From assembly GCA_965655095.1 (NCBI GenBank), contig OZ296651.1, positions 117,490,001 through 117,554,000 on the forward strand: a DNA stretch of 64,000 nucleotides, read 5' to 3'. This document shows, piece by piece, positions 27,701-39,570 of the stretch. This DNA comes from Haplodiscus bocki. Its lineage: Eukaryota. The notes below the pieces were generated by a model, which was not told where the DNA came from, made no database searches, and saw only the letters and a program-made list of their open reading frames with translations. Positions within the stretch are counted from its first letter, which is position 1. Each line of letters starts with the position of its first letter. Position numbers and translations under genes: made by a program.

Positions 27701-29935
27701 GGCGAGATCTTCAATCAGTTTACCTTGAGCAACCCATTGTCTAATTAAAATTGGAATATCTGACCTGAAAAACATTGCGGTTCCTTCGGCCTGGAACAAA
27801 CGATTGCTAGTGATGTTCCAACGCCGTTTGCGTCTCAACGAAACAGTACTCATACCACTATAAGACCCAACGCTCCGAAACAGTTGATAGGTGTGGCTAG
27901 CATAATTAGCCTTTAAGCTACTCACACACGACAATGAAGGTGATGCAATGGCTAATCGTTCCTCAAACAAAGTTGGAATTCCTCCAAGCTCCGGATGCCT
28001 GGGGGGATGGAAGAACTGTAACGCACATCCCCTGTCATGCGCAGAACAAGTTTGCACAACCAAACCTTCTTTCTCATGTAACCGCACCGTGGCAGCCACT
28101 AGAAACGTATCTAAGCACATCAAAGGGCGCAAAAAATCGACTCTAGCGCCTCTGAGTTTTTTGAATGCAGACGCTTGGAATGATGTGAAAGTTCTGTCTA
28201 TTAAGTTTACAAAATGCTGCGCTGGTATGTAGCCAGGATCTTCGATAAACGTCCAACAACCAAAAAGGCAACGTATGTTTGAATACGGTTCCAAGTCTAA
28301 AGCTTCAGCCATTTCTTTTTGTCTCATTGTTGTCATTAGTTGTTCGAAACGTTTCAGTCTCTGTGTTCCATCAACAGTACAAGTGCCAAGAATACGCGGC
28401 CGATTTAAAACACCCTGGATGCAGATAGGGAAAAGGGTTATTACACCCAGCCAATGTTGCCTTATTTCCAGCGGTAACAACGAGCAAATAGCGACTAAAC
28501 AAGCTTCTGGCTTGGAAGTATCAGAAAGTAGCGTGAAAAAAACAGCTGGCCAAGCCATTTGCCAGTCAACCTTTGGAGCAGTACAATAGCTGTAACAGGA
28601 ACAACACAGATGTACAACTTCGTTTTTCAGCTTCCTACCGAATTTTCTGTTAACCAATCCAGCTTTGCTGTAGGCCTTAATGTCCAACGGAAAATATACC
28701 GTGGCTTAACGCATGCACTTGCAACAAATGTTGGCACCATCGAAAGCATCTGTCACAACCAGTTTTGACTCAATTTCAACCGTTGATTCTTCAGTCAATT
28801 TCGATGACGGTACAAAGTTTTCAGTTAATTTCAAGAAAATCTCATTAGTCAACTCGCCTCCAGGCAATCTGCGAAATTGATGTTGTCGATGTTCCAAAGC
28901 AGTTGGAGGACGGCCTCCATTTTGCGTTGTAGTATTTTCTGCACCACAAAGAGCTTCCGCCAAATAAAAAGATGTCACAGCTGTATTACTATCTCCATTG
29001 TCGATCAAATGTGTGCCAACTGGATAATCTGAAGTCCGTCTGCGCTTCTACAAGGGCTCAGTTTCATCAAGTGCTTCAAGCTCTATCTCGATTACGTGGC
29101 AGTGAGTATTCATTGCTGGATTTCTACATTGACTACTCGAACCAGCTAAATCTTCTGATAGGAGTAATGAAGTGTGGTATGTTTCGGTCAAACCACTAAT
29201 TACTTCAAAGTGATCTCCAGTTCGCGTTTGTTGAATGAAAACTCCTTGTCTGTAATTTGAGCAGTCGCATTTGTAAACGAACCAACTTTTCAAAATACTG
29301 TGGTATACATAAACGTCCAACTTAAAAATTTGACAAAAGGTATAAATTTCCACACAAGTGCCAAAAACTCCATTTTCTGCCATTCGCGATGTCTGCAGGT
29401 AGTGGTTGACAGTTGGGCTCGTGAGAAGTTTATTCTGGTTGGGGAACTCAGCGGAATAGATTGAGGTTTGCAAACTGTTTTCCGGAAAAGTCACCGAGTC
29501 CATGTTACTCACAATAAGTTTCCTCAAACCATGACCACTTTCATGAGATAAACCGACGGCTACGCCCAGGGCAGTGAAAAGACAATTACCATCACCCGTT
29601 ATAGAAAGACTCTGCGAGGGTCGAACAGAACTGAGGCGAATGTTAGTTTTTTTCACATTTATGCCGCTTGTTGGGGAACAGGATAGTCCCATCGCTTTCA
29701 ACGTTGATTCTATATGCAGGCTATCAACAGATGAGACCAGCAAATTACTATCAGCTATACTGTACAAAATTCCTAATGGTTCGCTGGTTGAAGAAACATT
29801 GTCAGTGGTATTTGGACAGGAGTGATTACGTTCACTGAAGCGTCCACATTTTGCACAGCGACGTCTTTTCAAATCACTCTTGCCAGATGGCATTACTCTT
29901 TCACAAGAAACTTCGCACAAAAGTTTATCAATCAC
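21797..29935 (-). pseudogene. OTU-RepHel-GIY-YIG of unit B (~2710 codons), three in-frame stops (29048, 28706, 22487), no frameshift
   Basis: Four ORFs in one frame, collinear with the 2683-aa protein of C. Motifs GDGNCLF..HFEV, YFVTYT, PHIH, YVAKY, GAPGTGKT, GDFFQLPP and GYCYLIQS..LYIGST. Confidence 0.92.
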
Positions 29936-30089
29936 TCATTTTTAATAGTGAATACATTGTAAAGAGTGGGCGCCATTATAGAACCAACGTACAAAATGAC
30001 ATCGTTTTGCTCGGCTTTCAAACTGTTCAATTAACGGTACCATCTAATTAATTCGAAAAGCAGTATCCAGAAAAATATATGCAATGTGG

Positions 30090-30127
30090 GCCTTGGTTTT
30101 GCGCAGTTAACGAAGCAAAACCAAGGC
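30090..30127. promoter_or_regulatory. Inverted repeat GCCTTGGTTTTGC-N12-GCAAAACCAAGGC upstream of RepHel B
   Basis: Perfect 13-bp arms. The same arms and spacer length recur at 47910-47947. A regulatory role is inferred. Confidence 0.6.
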
Positions 30128-33100
30128 ATTCATCAGAGAAAGAAAACAAACAGGTATTTACTCGTAGAGGCGGTGATGTAAAGAGTGTTAATTGCGAATC
30201 TTGTTTTGTTTAAAAATCGTATATAAGAATTTATTTTCCGTTTACCCATACAAGTGGAACGCATCTCGTTGTTACGGATTCCCGTCAATTAGTAGTGTAC
30301 ACGGCGAGTTCGTTCGATTCGAAACTTTTTTCCACAATCCTCAGAGAAAGAGACTACAATGGACTTCACAATCGTTCTTAGAAGCCAACAATGTTCAGTT
30401 GGAAAATCCAACTGAGAACGCATGAGTGTTGAGCGAACTCATACGATTTTCCAAAGGTGTTTTGGAAAACTGTGCACTTTAGCAGGGCTGCAAGTTAACC
30501 TGAAAAGAGTAATCATGTAAAATGAGGAGGTAAGAAATGGAGAAAAAATAAAGTTTTTCCGAGATCTTACTACTAATTCAGGCAAACTGAAATTATGTCG
30601 TTTTGTTTATGACTGAAGTCTGACATGACTTGAAAAATGATTCCACAAAAAAACATCATCATGTAGAAAACCCGAAAGCCTAACAAATTGGAGAATTAAT
30701 TTTGAAACATTGTCACCATCTTGTTTTTCTCTTGGGAAAATCTTGGCTTCCAAAATCATTGCATTATATGGAAATTATGGAATCTGAGAAAACCGGGTGA
30801 TTTAGTTGAGAAAACAATTGCTCAGAGCAGCGGTTGATCAATAAAAATTCAGTCAATAATGTCGACAGCGATTATGTATATGCTAAAAATAAAACATTCA
30901 AGTTGATTACTGTACAAAACAGATGGGATTTTTGAAAGTTTGAAACAAGAAACAGCAAGAGGCCGTCTTTTTTCCCCCGCAAAAAAACACGTTAACAATT
31001 TTACCCTGTCAAAGTTTCATTTGAACAACTGAAGAATGTAAACATTCAGTATTTACAGAAAGTTATTGAAATTGCCGTCAAAGAGAAGTCGTTTTCTGAT
31101 AAGTGTGTCCCAAAGTTGATCCACAGTCACATGCGTGGTACTTCCACGCCAAAGATAACACACACTTTGCTATGAATGTTGAGGCAGTACTTTTCATCAA
31201 TAGGTTTTTTCCACAGCTTTTCCGCTAATATCTGCACAAAATGCGTCCGAATTCAAACAGTGTCGTCGGAGAAGGCAATTTTTTGCGGTCAAAACTATTG
31301 ATAATATGATCTGAATTATTGTTATTCGATCTTGAATTTCGTTCCAAAAATGGTAAAAACGATTGATTGGTTTGTTCACATAGAAAATGAAACAAAACTC
31401 ACAGGCAACACAAACATGAAGAACTTTCAATGCCAGCAAAAACACGATGAAATAACGCACACACTAACAAGTTTGTCAGAAACCTAAAGGTAATGTAGTT
31501 CTGCGAACATGCACGTTAACACTCTGTAGCTTTTAGGCAGTAGAAGGGTAAAAAATTATTGAACACATTTTCTCCGTAACAAAACCATTAGCTTGCTCAA
31601 CTCTGAGGAGCCCGTTGACACTGTTCATTCAATGCGAATCATCTTTGGAATCCAACGGTATAAATTTAAAGTTACGATTATGTTGTACACTTTTCAATTT
31701 TTCTTGCGCCTCTCATGCTCCATCAGCCACATTAGCAATTCATGTAGGATGATAACAGCGGAGTTCCCCTTTGGAATTCGGAAATTGTGGAAGAATACCC
31801 AGTACTCAGTCAACGATTCTTACAAATTTTATCCAGCATTCTTCGTCTAGGAAAACGTCAGTTAAAAAAAATTACCCAAAACAATTGGCTCAATTTGTCG
31901 ACAGAAGCCATACGATGTTGACCATAGTCAGTTGAGACTTCAGTGAGTCACGATTCACAGGATGAACAGTTGAAAGGATCGAATGACATACGAAAAGTGT
32001 CTACTTCACAGGGTTCAAATGGGGGATGGGAAATTGGCAACGTCGAGTTGACGCTAAAGAAAATATGATTTAATATCAAAACGTTTTATCCAAAATCTAA
32101 CTTCGGCAGTAGTTCAGAGGAATAACAGGCTGCCATATTTCACTCGTCCGCGGATAGTTTTTTCCGATAATGAGAAGCATTTTTTCACATAAAATTCAAA
32201 ACTTATTTTGGAAAAAGTTCAAAACTCCGATATGTAGGCTTCAGAACCAACCAAAAATTTTCTTCCGAAAAACTCAAATAAAACAATTAGTGAAACGCGA
32301 CAGTTTTTAAACGGTCTGTAGCAGAGTGAAATTGTCGAAATCGGAAACAATCAAAAACGACATGAAGAGTAAAGAAGCATCGTTTTAACTGTACACGTTG
32401 CCTCCACAAATTGTTAAAGTTGCTTCCACTAACTACGTTTCATGTTGACAAAAGCTCGAAATGTACAGAATCGAAGTACTAATTTCACGACTTCATAAAT
32501 GAAAGGCACATATTTATTCGATTATGAGTACTGATCCACCGTCAAGTTGGCCTTTATCTTGTCATAATTTATGGTTGACGATTATTTGATGAAGACAACT
32601 GTCTTAATTCAATGATGATTATGACTAGTAACTTTTTCTCATCTTTTTATTCTCCAGAAGCATCAAACGTTCTATATATGTTTTGGACGACGCATGAATG
32701 CAATTGTTACATATTGGATGAAATGTTATGGCGCAGAACTTCTTATTCATAAGTTTTTCAAGTACAAAACACCTAACTGTACATTTTGATGTTTTGAATA
32801 AATCAACTGATGTGAAAGAGCACACAACACCTATATTGTTCCTCTGAAGCACAAAGGAAGGCAACGAGAACCACCAAAAAATGCTTCAAGTACATGACTC
32901 ATAGCGAAAGCCATAAATTTGTTTAAAAAAACTGGTTTGAATAAAAGGAACGGAACGGTACTGAAAACGTCCATTGTTATGGAAGCCGGTAACGGGTAGT
33001 TCTGCGGAATTATATTATAATTCAGCAGCTGATAAAGTAAAGAATTTGTTACTTTACCGTTCTGAGCTGGCTTCGGGAAGATATCGACCTGAAAGTACCT

Positions 33101-33368
33101 ATGCCATCCTTCATTGCTGCCGTCACGAACTTTAACAAAAAAAACAGGGAAATTACTATAGGTTTTGAGGAAAATCCCCACATTTAGGGTGTGAGGCGAA
33201 CTCTGTACGTATCAGTTGCATCCGCATTGTGCGAGTTAATCTTCAGCCTGGAGAAAAGTATCGTAAAAAAAAGAACAAACAACAGTTTCCAATTATATAA
33301 ACAAAAACTTAGAATTCCGAACCAATCACCAGAATTGATACAGAAACAGAAAATTGAATTCAAAATAT

Positions 33369-33412
33369 CCCGCCTTCTAGTAATTTGCACCGTTGCCTCC
33401 ACTGGGGGGTCA
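33369..33412 (+). other. Y-type right terminus of unit B (..ccgttgcctccaCTGG-ggggtca)
   Basis: Matches 51404-51447. CTGG at 33402-33405. Confidence 0.65.
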
Positions 33413-33514
33413 TGGGATTGCGCCCGTCATTGGGCCTTTCCGAGGCGGGGGAGGGGCCCCTTTGCCGAGGTGTAATATATAGAGAAAGACCCTATGCAGA
33501 CATGTGCTGCGTAC

Positions 33515-33990
33515 ACGCGATTTCAGCTCCTACCCATACGATTTGATTCAAACTTTGCATGCAGGCACAGTTTACAATTCTAAGAACAATGGTGCAAGTT
33601 AGATCACTCTAGCAAAAATGATTGGGGAATTATGACGGGATGATTCTGTTTTTTGGCCCCTTTTGGCAGTTTTTTACCAACCGCCCTGCAAGTAACCACA
33701 TGCATTTGGCGGAAACTTTTTGTGTAAAGCATAATAACTGTTGGCTGCACACATGCAAAAAATTTTCCACCAACTCGTCATAGGTGTGGAGATATGACGC
33801 ATCAAATTTCGAAAAAAATGCCGAAAATCGATCATTTTGTCATAGCTCCCACATTGAACTACCTAGTTTGCGCTCTGGAGTGTCTCCAGTATGAAATTGA
33901 CTCCATAACTTGAAAAATAATTTTTCGACGATAAAAAATTTTTGGCCACTTTGCCGAAAAAAATGACGGTTATGACGAATTTTCCGAAAA
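33515..33990 (+). repeat. Conserved left subterminal block of unit C
   Basis: ccatacgatttgattcaaactttgcatg, ggagatatgacg and tgccgaaaaaaatgacggttatgacg. Confidence 0.75.
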
Positions 33991-36900
33991 AAAAAATTTT
34001 TACCAAAAAACTAAATTTTCCTTGTAGAATTCGTTTCTGATACTTTTGTGGTCGGATTTTTTTCGGAAATTGCTTTACTGCTAAACATTCTTCAACTTGG
34101 GGTAAATTTTGGGGTAAAACTCATTTTGCGAAAAAAAATCAATTTTTGGGAAGATATCAAATGATGTTTTGTTATTTTTGTAGAAGTGTTATCTGGTACT
34201 TTTACGAGGATCAGTTCGCAAGGTTTCTGGAGGCAAGAAACATTTCCATGAGAAAAAAACGAATTGAACCGAGCAGCGCAGTTTGTATGGTAGATGTCTT
34301 CTCTGTTTTTCCCTTCGATAATGCAAGGAAATTTTCGAGCGAAAAAAGTTCGGCTATTTTCAGGAAAATATTCTGAAAACCGGAGATCTTCCTCCGAATC
34401 CCCAATGAAAAACGAGAAATCTCAGGGTTTCCGTTGTACATACCGATTGTGGTGTTGCTTTCAAGCTAAACGTTTGTAATTTTATCAATGTCAAAAGCAG
34501 CTTTTAAATCTAAAAAAAAAAGAACATGCAGAATAATTCACAGTCAGTTTTAACAAAGTAATTGTTCCCTAACGCAGCAATTAGCTGAGACACTGGCCCA
34601 CAAATGTGTGTTAGGCTTAAGCAGCCAATTGAAAAGGTAGCCTAAATATTTCGAAAATTATACGAAAGAGCAAAATAGGTGAGAGTCAAATTCAAGAGAT
34701 AATTGTTCCATAACGTACGTATCGGTTGAGACACAGGCCCAAAACAATATGTTGTGCATCTAATTGGTGATTCATCTAAAGTTTCAGCGCATCAAGTAGA
34801 CGCTTAGCAGATAACGCGATAGTATGCGATATGATTCTTAACCTACAAAAAAAAATTTTTGGCAGGAAAACAGGAACTTTTACGCGTGCTGTTTTGGTTA
34901 CGTGTTTTTCCTACCTACAAAAGGTACGAATGACAAAACGATCCTGTTTACTGTGTTACTACAGCATTTCAGATTGGTGTCACGAATTTCCAAAAAAAAA
35001 TAATTGAGGGTTTTTGTAGTTTCAGTTATGGATAATGCAAAAGGAAAACTCATTAATGCCCTGCATGTCTCTTCAAACCAACATTAATGTGTTCCAAAAG
35101 AAATACGGCAACTTGGGATGCATCAAAATTACAGTATGCAAGTGGTTTTAAAGGCACTGTACATCATGCGCTTAACTTGAAAATTCTGAGAATTGAAAAA
35201 CTGAGCAGCCGAGACAAATTTTTTGATTGAATGTAAACAATTTTTTGGGGACACAACAAACCTAAGGCAAAAAGTTGATTCAAACACATTTTTCAGGTAT
35301 TCCACGCTATTTGGTTGAGCAAAAACTAATTTTTGAGGGTTATGCTCCGACTTCAATCAAGTTAACATTATGTAAGTGTGGTAAACTTGCTAAGACTCGA
35401 AGAAGTCACATTTAGTTGCATCTATGTAATCAATTTCTTAATCGCCACTTGCTTCAACTGTTGATACAAAGAGAGCTTTTGTTAGCATTCTGAAACTGTA
35501 GCTCCTGAATCTTGTCAATACCATCAGAAGCAAGACAATATGTTTCATCTGGAGCGTGGAAATCAAAACGAGTACAACTTTACTTATGGGCGATGTTGTT
35601 TGTCGACATCTCAAAATAAAAGTCAACAGTTGTAAGCCTGACAAACTCAAATCTCATGAATGTGTGCTCGTATTCATCGAGTGAACAGGTCATTTTTTGC
35701 GTGTTTACATAAACAAATAGCAATGTAAAAATTCGGTTAATGAAGAGTTTCAATTTCACCTTGGCTAAAGTCTGCATTAGGTCAAGAATAAGAGGGTCAA
35801 CTATTTCACATCCTGCGCCGGTCGCAATATTCATTGGCGATGGATAACATGCAGAAAGCGATGGGTTCTGTTGACTCCTTCTAAATACTGGAAGTGTTCT
35901 CGTTCCGATTGTTACGCAAGTATTCAGCAAAGAACTGGAGGCATTGTATTAGTACGGGAAATTGTTAGAGGGTGATTGTACAGGCAGTATGAAACTTATT
36001 AGTGTAGCCGACAGTCGAAATTATACATACTACGTTGTAAAATCCATAATGTCTACAAAAATGAAACAATCTCGCAACCTTTATACCACTTCTACGAAAA
36101 CAAAAACCACGTTAATCGAAAGGTGTTGGCCTTTCGGTATACATTTGTAGAAACATTGTCACATCATTTGCATAAAAAGCAATTTGTTGAAGATTGAAGA
36201 AACTTGTTGCAAAGTTATCAACGCCATACAGAACCTTATGGTTGCGAAACGAAAGTAACGCTGTAACCAAGTTTACTGGAACTTTTTTGGAAGGGTAATT
36301 TCAACCAAGAAGAAATGGTTAATGAAAACTTGGCTTCCGATGCGGACGAAAGAACATGCACATTTTGGTCAAAGTGTTAATGAGCACCGTTAGAACTACA
36401 TTACACAATGGAGGTCAAAGAAGACGAAACGGAAGAAAAACGCTGGTACATAATCAAAAAGATGCTTTCGGATAAAAGCCACTATCTTTCATTGCCACTA
36501 ATTTTCAATCAGTTATTCGGTGAATCACAATTTGATAATCCATATAAAACGAAGGAGAACTCATAAGCTACCAAAAAAATTCGACTGGTGGACATTCCGC
36601 GGCAGAACTTCATATCACCGTTTAATATCGACAAAAGTTTTCTACAAGTATTTCATTTAGAAAGTCTGCGCTGTAATACAACTGAGATACGACGTATTCA
36701 AGAGGCCGTGCTATTGTACAGTGCAACAAGCAATACAATGAGGAAAAGCCAAATGTGAAACTAGAGCCACAATGGATATATATTTACTTAAGAAATAGGA
36801 ATTGAGGCAAATTGTGGAAAGAGAGCAATAGTCAAAAATTGAAACAGCTTGTTGGGACTCAACTTTTATGAGGCGTGGGCATTGACATCGTGAAAATTTG

Positions 36901-39570
36901 ATTCAAACCAAGTTATGCGAAGAAAAGCACAGTGGCCTTAAACAGTGTCAATCAAGAGAGTAATATGATAACAAACTGTAGTTCCTGTTTGCACACTTAT
37001 CATTTGTTCCAGTTTGACCGCGCAATTGCAAAGTCAAAATTTCCTCAAAAGAAACTTTTTCTTGGATATTAAAATCTTCCAGGACACCCAGAACAAGCTA
37101 AAAGCTTACAATTGTTATCAAAAAGTTATGATCGCAACCATGATCGTTTTTGTAATGAACCGCATTTTAGAGAAAGGACAAGCAATCAGTTCAAAAGTAG
37201 TACATTTCAAATTGTAAATACAAGGAAAATATTGTGATTGCAACTTATTTGACTCTTATGTATGACGTTTCAGTTTGTGAAATGGCTCAGACAAGGATCT
37301 TTGATGAGTTGTTTCTGTTTTCCAAAAAAGAAACTTTACGCAAAGTAGTCGAAAACGATTAACTATGAAAGTACAAAACGTGTCATCATTAAAAAATTTC
37401 AGCAAGATTGCACACGTACTTTTCTGACAAATGTACTGCAAAAATCTGATTTCACTCAAAAGATGAAGAATCGATGAACTGCATGTGGCTAAGAAATATC
37501 ATCAGTTTTTCCCTGAGATAATTGATTCGTAGCGCATAGAAAAAGCCAAGCGTTTGATGGAAATTGGAAAACAATCAGTTGCATTTGGAGTGACTGTTGC
37601 TGAAATAGTCATTTTCTCATGGAAGAAAAAATTAAACAAAAATGGTTTCTGACGTGAGAAGTGCGAGTTTTGGGACACGATTACGATTGCAAGGGGGGAA
37701 GCACCAGCAAAAATTCGATTCAATGCAACAAATGCAAGACAAAGGACTTTCACACAGTAAAAATTATGATTCGTTTCATTGCGAATTGCCGGAGGGCGAC
37801 ACTTTTTAATGCTGCAAAAACATCAAACATATTGCAGAGTTTGCAGTCTTGGTTGGTTGCTCGCAGCCGCCTGATTGACAGTTATCCGAAATGGAAATGA
37901 TCTCAAAAATCTAGCAGTCACATAGAAGGCAGCTACACATGATCAACCGATTAATCATCATTTTGTTGCCGGGTTATCTCAAAACCCCTCTTTTAACTCC
38001 CAAAAGTACACAATGTTAAGGCACGAAATCCAACAGCCACGAATCATTAGGACTGATTCTTTAGGCATTTGACTATGAAAAAATGGTTCGACGCAAAAAC
38101 GAGTAAATTCCAGTCGTTAATTGGACAGTGCCTATTTACGAAGCTCCAAGCGGTTTCAGTCAAATTCAGCACAGCAACACAAAGTTTGCGTTGTTTTACA
38201 GTTAACACAAAGAAGCATTAAAAACTTGTTGAAATTTATTTCAGTGGGTACCAACGTGCGGCCAATATCAATTTAAAGTTATAACAACCAATGCTTCAAA
38301 TAGTACACACATGATGACTTCTAACAAATTCAATTTCTTATAGAACTTATGATCGGACACAAGAGGTTCGTTCAGAAATGGAGCTTTCGTTAAAATGCTG
38401 AAATTATTTCTAAAGTTCCCAAGATTAAGTGCGTCACAAAATTATCCTACGTTTGTTCAAGTGTGCTCAAATTCATAATATCTGTTTTCGCTACCAGGAA
38501 ATGAAAATTTTGAGAAACTTTTTAACAAAGAAACCCATAAGAACTTCGGCACTTCCCTTGGAAGTCCCCGAGATATCAGTGGCAGTTACCCAACGACAGC
38601 CTCTGATGCAATTACATTTTCCAGAAAATAGCCAAAATGATACTGCAAACGAATAACAAAAATTTCAAGTCAAACATTTCAGGTTTATTCAATTTTTTCA
38701 AGTACGGTCTTTTGTTCAGACAAAGATGGAAACTAAAACATTGTGCCGCAAAGCATCCACTGAAAATATATCGTTCTTTTGCTGACAATACGGGATGCTC
38801 ATTAACCTATAGTTTATAATCCAAGTTTCAGATCTGGCTTCACATAATATGGTCCACTATCGGGGAAAACAAACAATTTTCGAACAAAAACGCTCACCTT
38901 CGGAGAAATTCGTTGAAACTATTGAAAAAACTAAGGGAACAAGTCAGTTTTAACTTTAAACTAATTTTGCGGACTATGCATACTACAACTACAGTAACTT
39001 GCTGTACTTCTTGAAAAGTGTAACTATTGTAAAACACGGCGAAAATTAAAGATGCAATTGATTTCATACAAAAAACAGAAATGGGTAGCCCAACGAATAG
39101 AAACACAAAAAGACAAGGGAACAGGTTTGAGGGAGTTCATCAGAAAAAGCACTTTATTATAAAACTAGTTAAGTTAGCAATAAGACACAAGTTAAAGCTA
39201 TTGTAATCTGTTCAACTGGTTTTTCAGATGCAAGAAATGGACATTGAATTATTTTGAAAAGATAAAAAGTTTGCAGATAAAGCACAATGATGTCAACATA
39301 GTAAACAAGGCGGTTTGCATGCAACACTATGCAGTCGAAGCACACAATGTAAATGAAATCCGGGGCTATTTTGTTGTAAAGCCTGCAGAAAAAACCAGAA
39401 CTTTTGCAGTCGAAGCGGCTGCATTATACTCTAGAAGCGAAACGTCCTGAGGGGCTCCACTATGCAGTCGAAGCATTTGTTTGTCAGTGCATTGAAAAAA
39501 GTTTGGACTCGTAGAGAAGCAAAGTAACGATCGAAAAAAATTTTGACAACAAAGTCTCTGATAGAGTTTT

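Larger units (their letters stand above)
16433..33412. mobile_element. Unit B: Helitron-like element, ~17 kb, genes on - strand
   Basis: Junction motifs at both ends. Contains OTU-RepHel-GIY-YIG, SGNH gene and ORF2. A second copy starts at 53621. Confidence 0.85.

Noticed and set aside
22188-28768. Many + strand ORFs antisense to RepHel (also in C and B')
   Set aside because: Shadow ORFs of the long coding strand with no independent motifs.
33184-33402. Similar small ORFs MEATVQITRRR / MEATAKFTRWR (also 51159-51437)
   Set aside because: Similarity is confined to the terminal DNA motif and both use GTG starts; a by-product of the Y-type end.
30200-39300. Coding-like fragments in the cargo regions of B and C (also 48000-51400)
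   Set aside because: Heavily interrupted, with no family I can recognise; left unannotated pending blastx.
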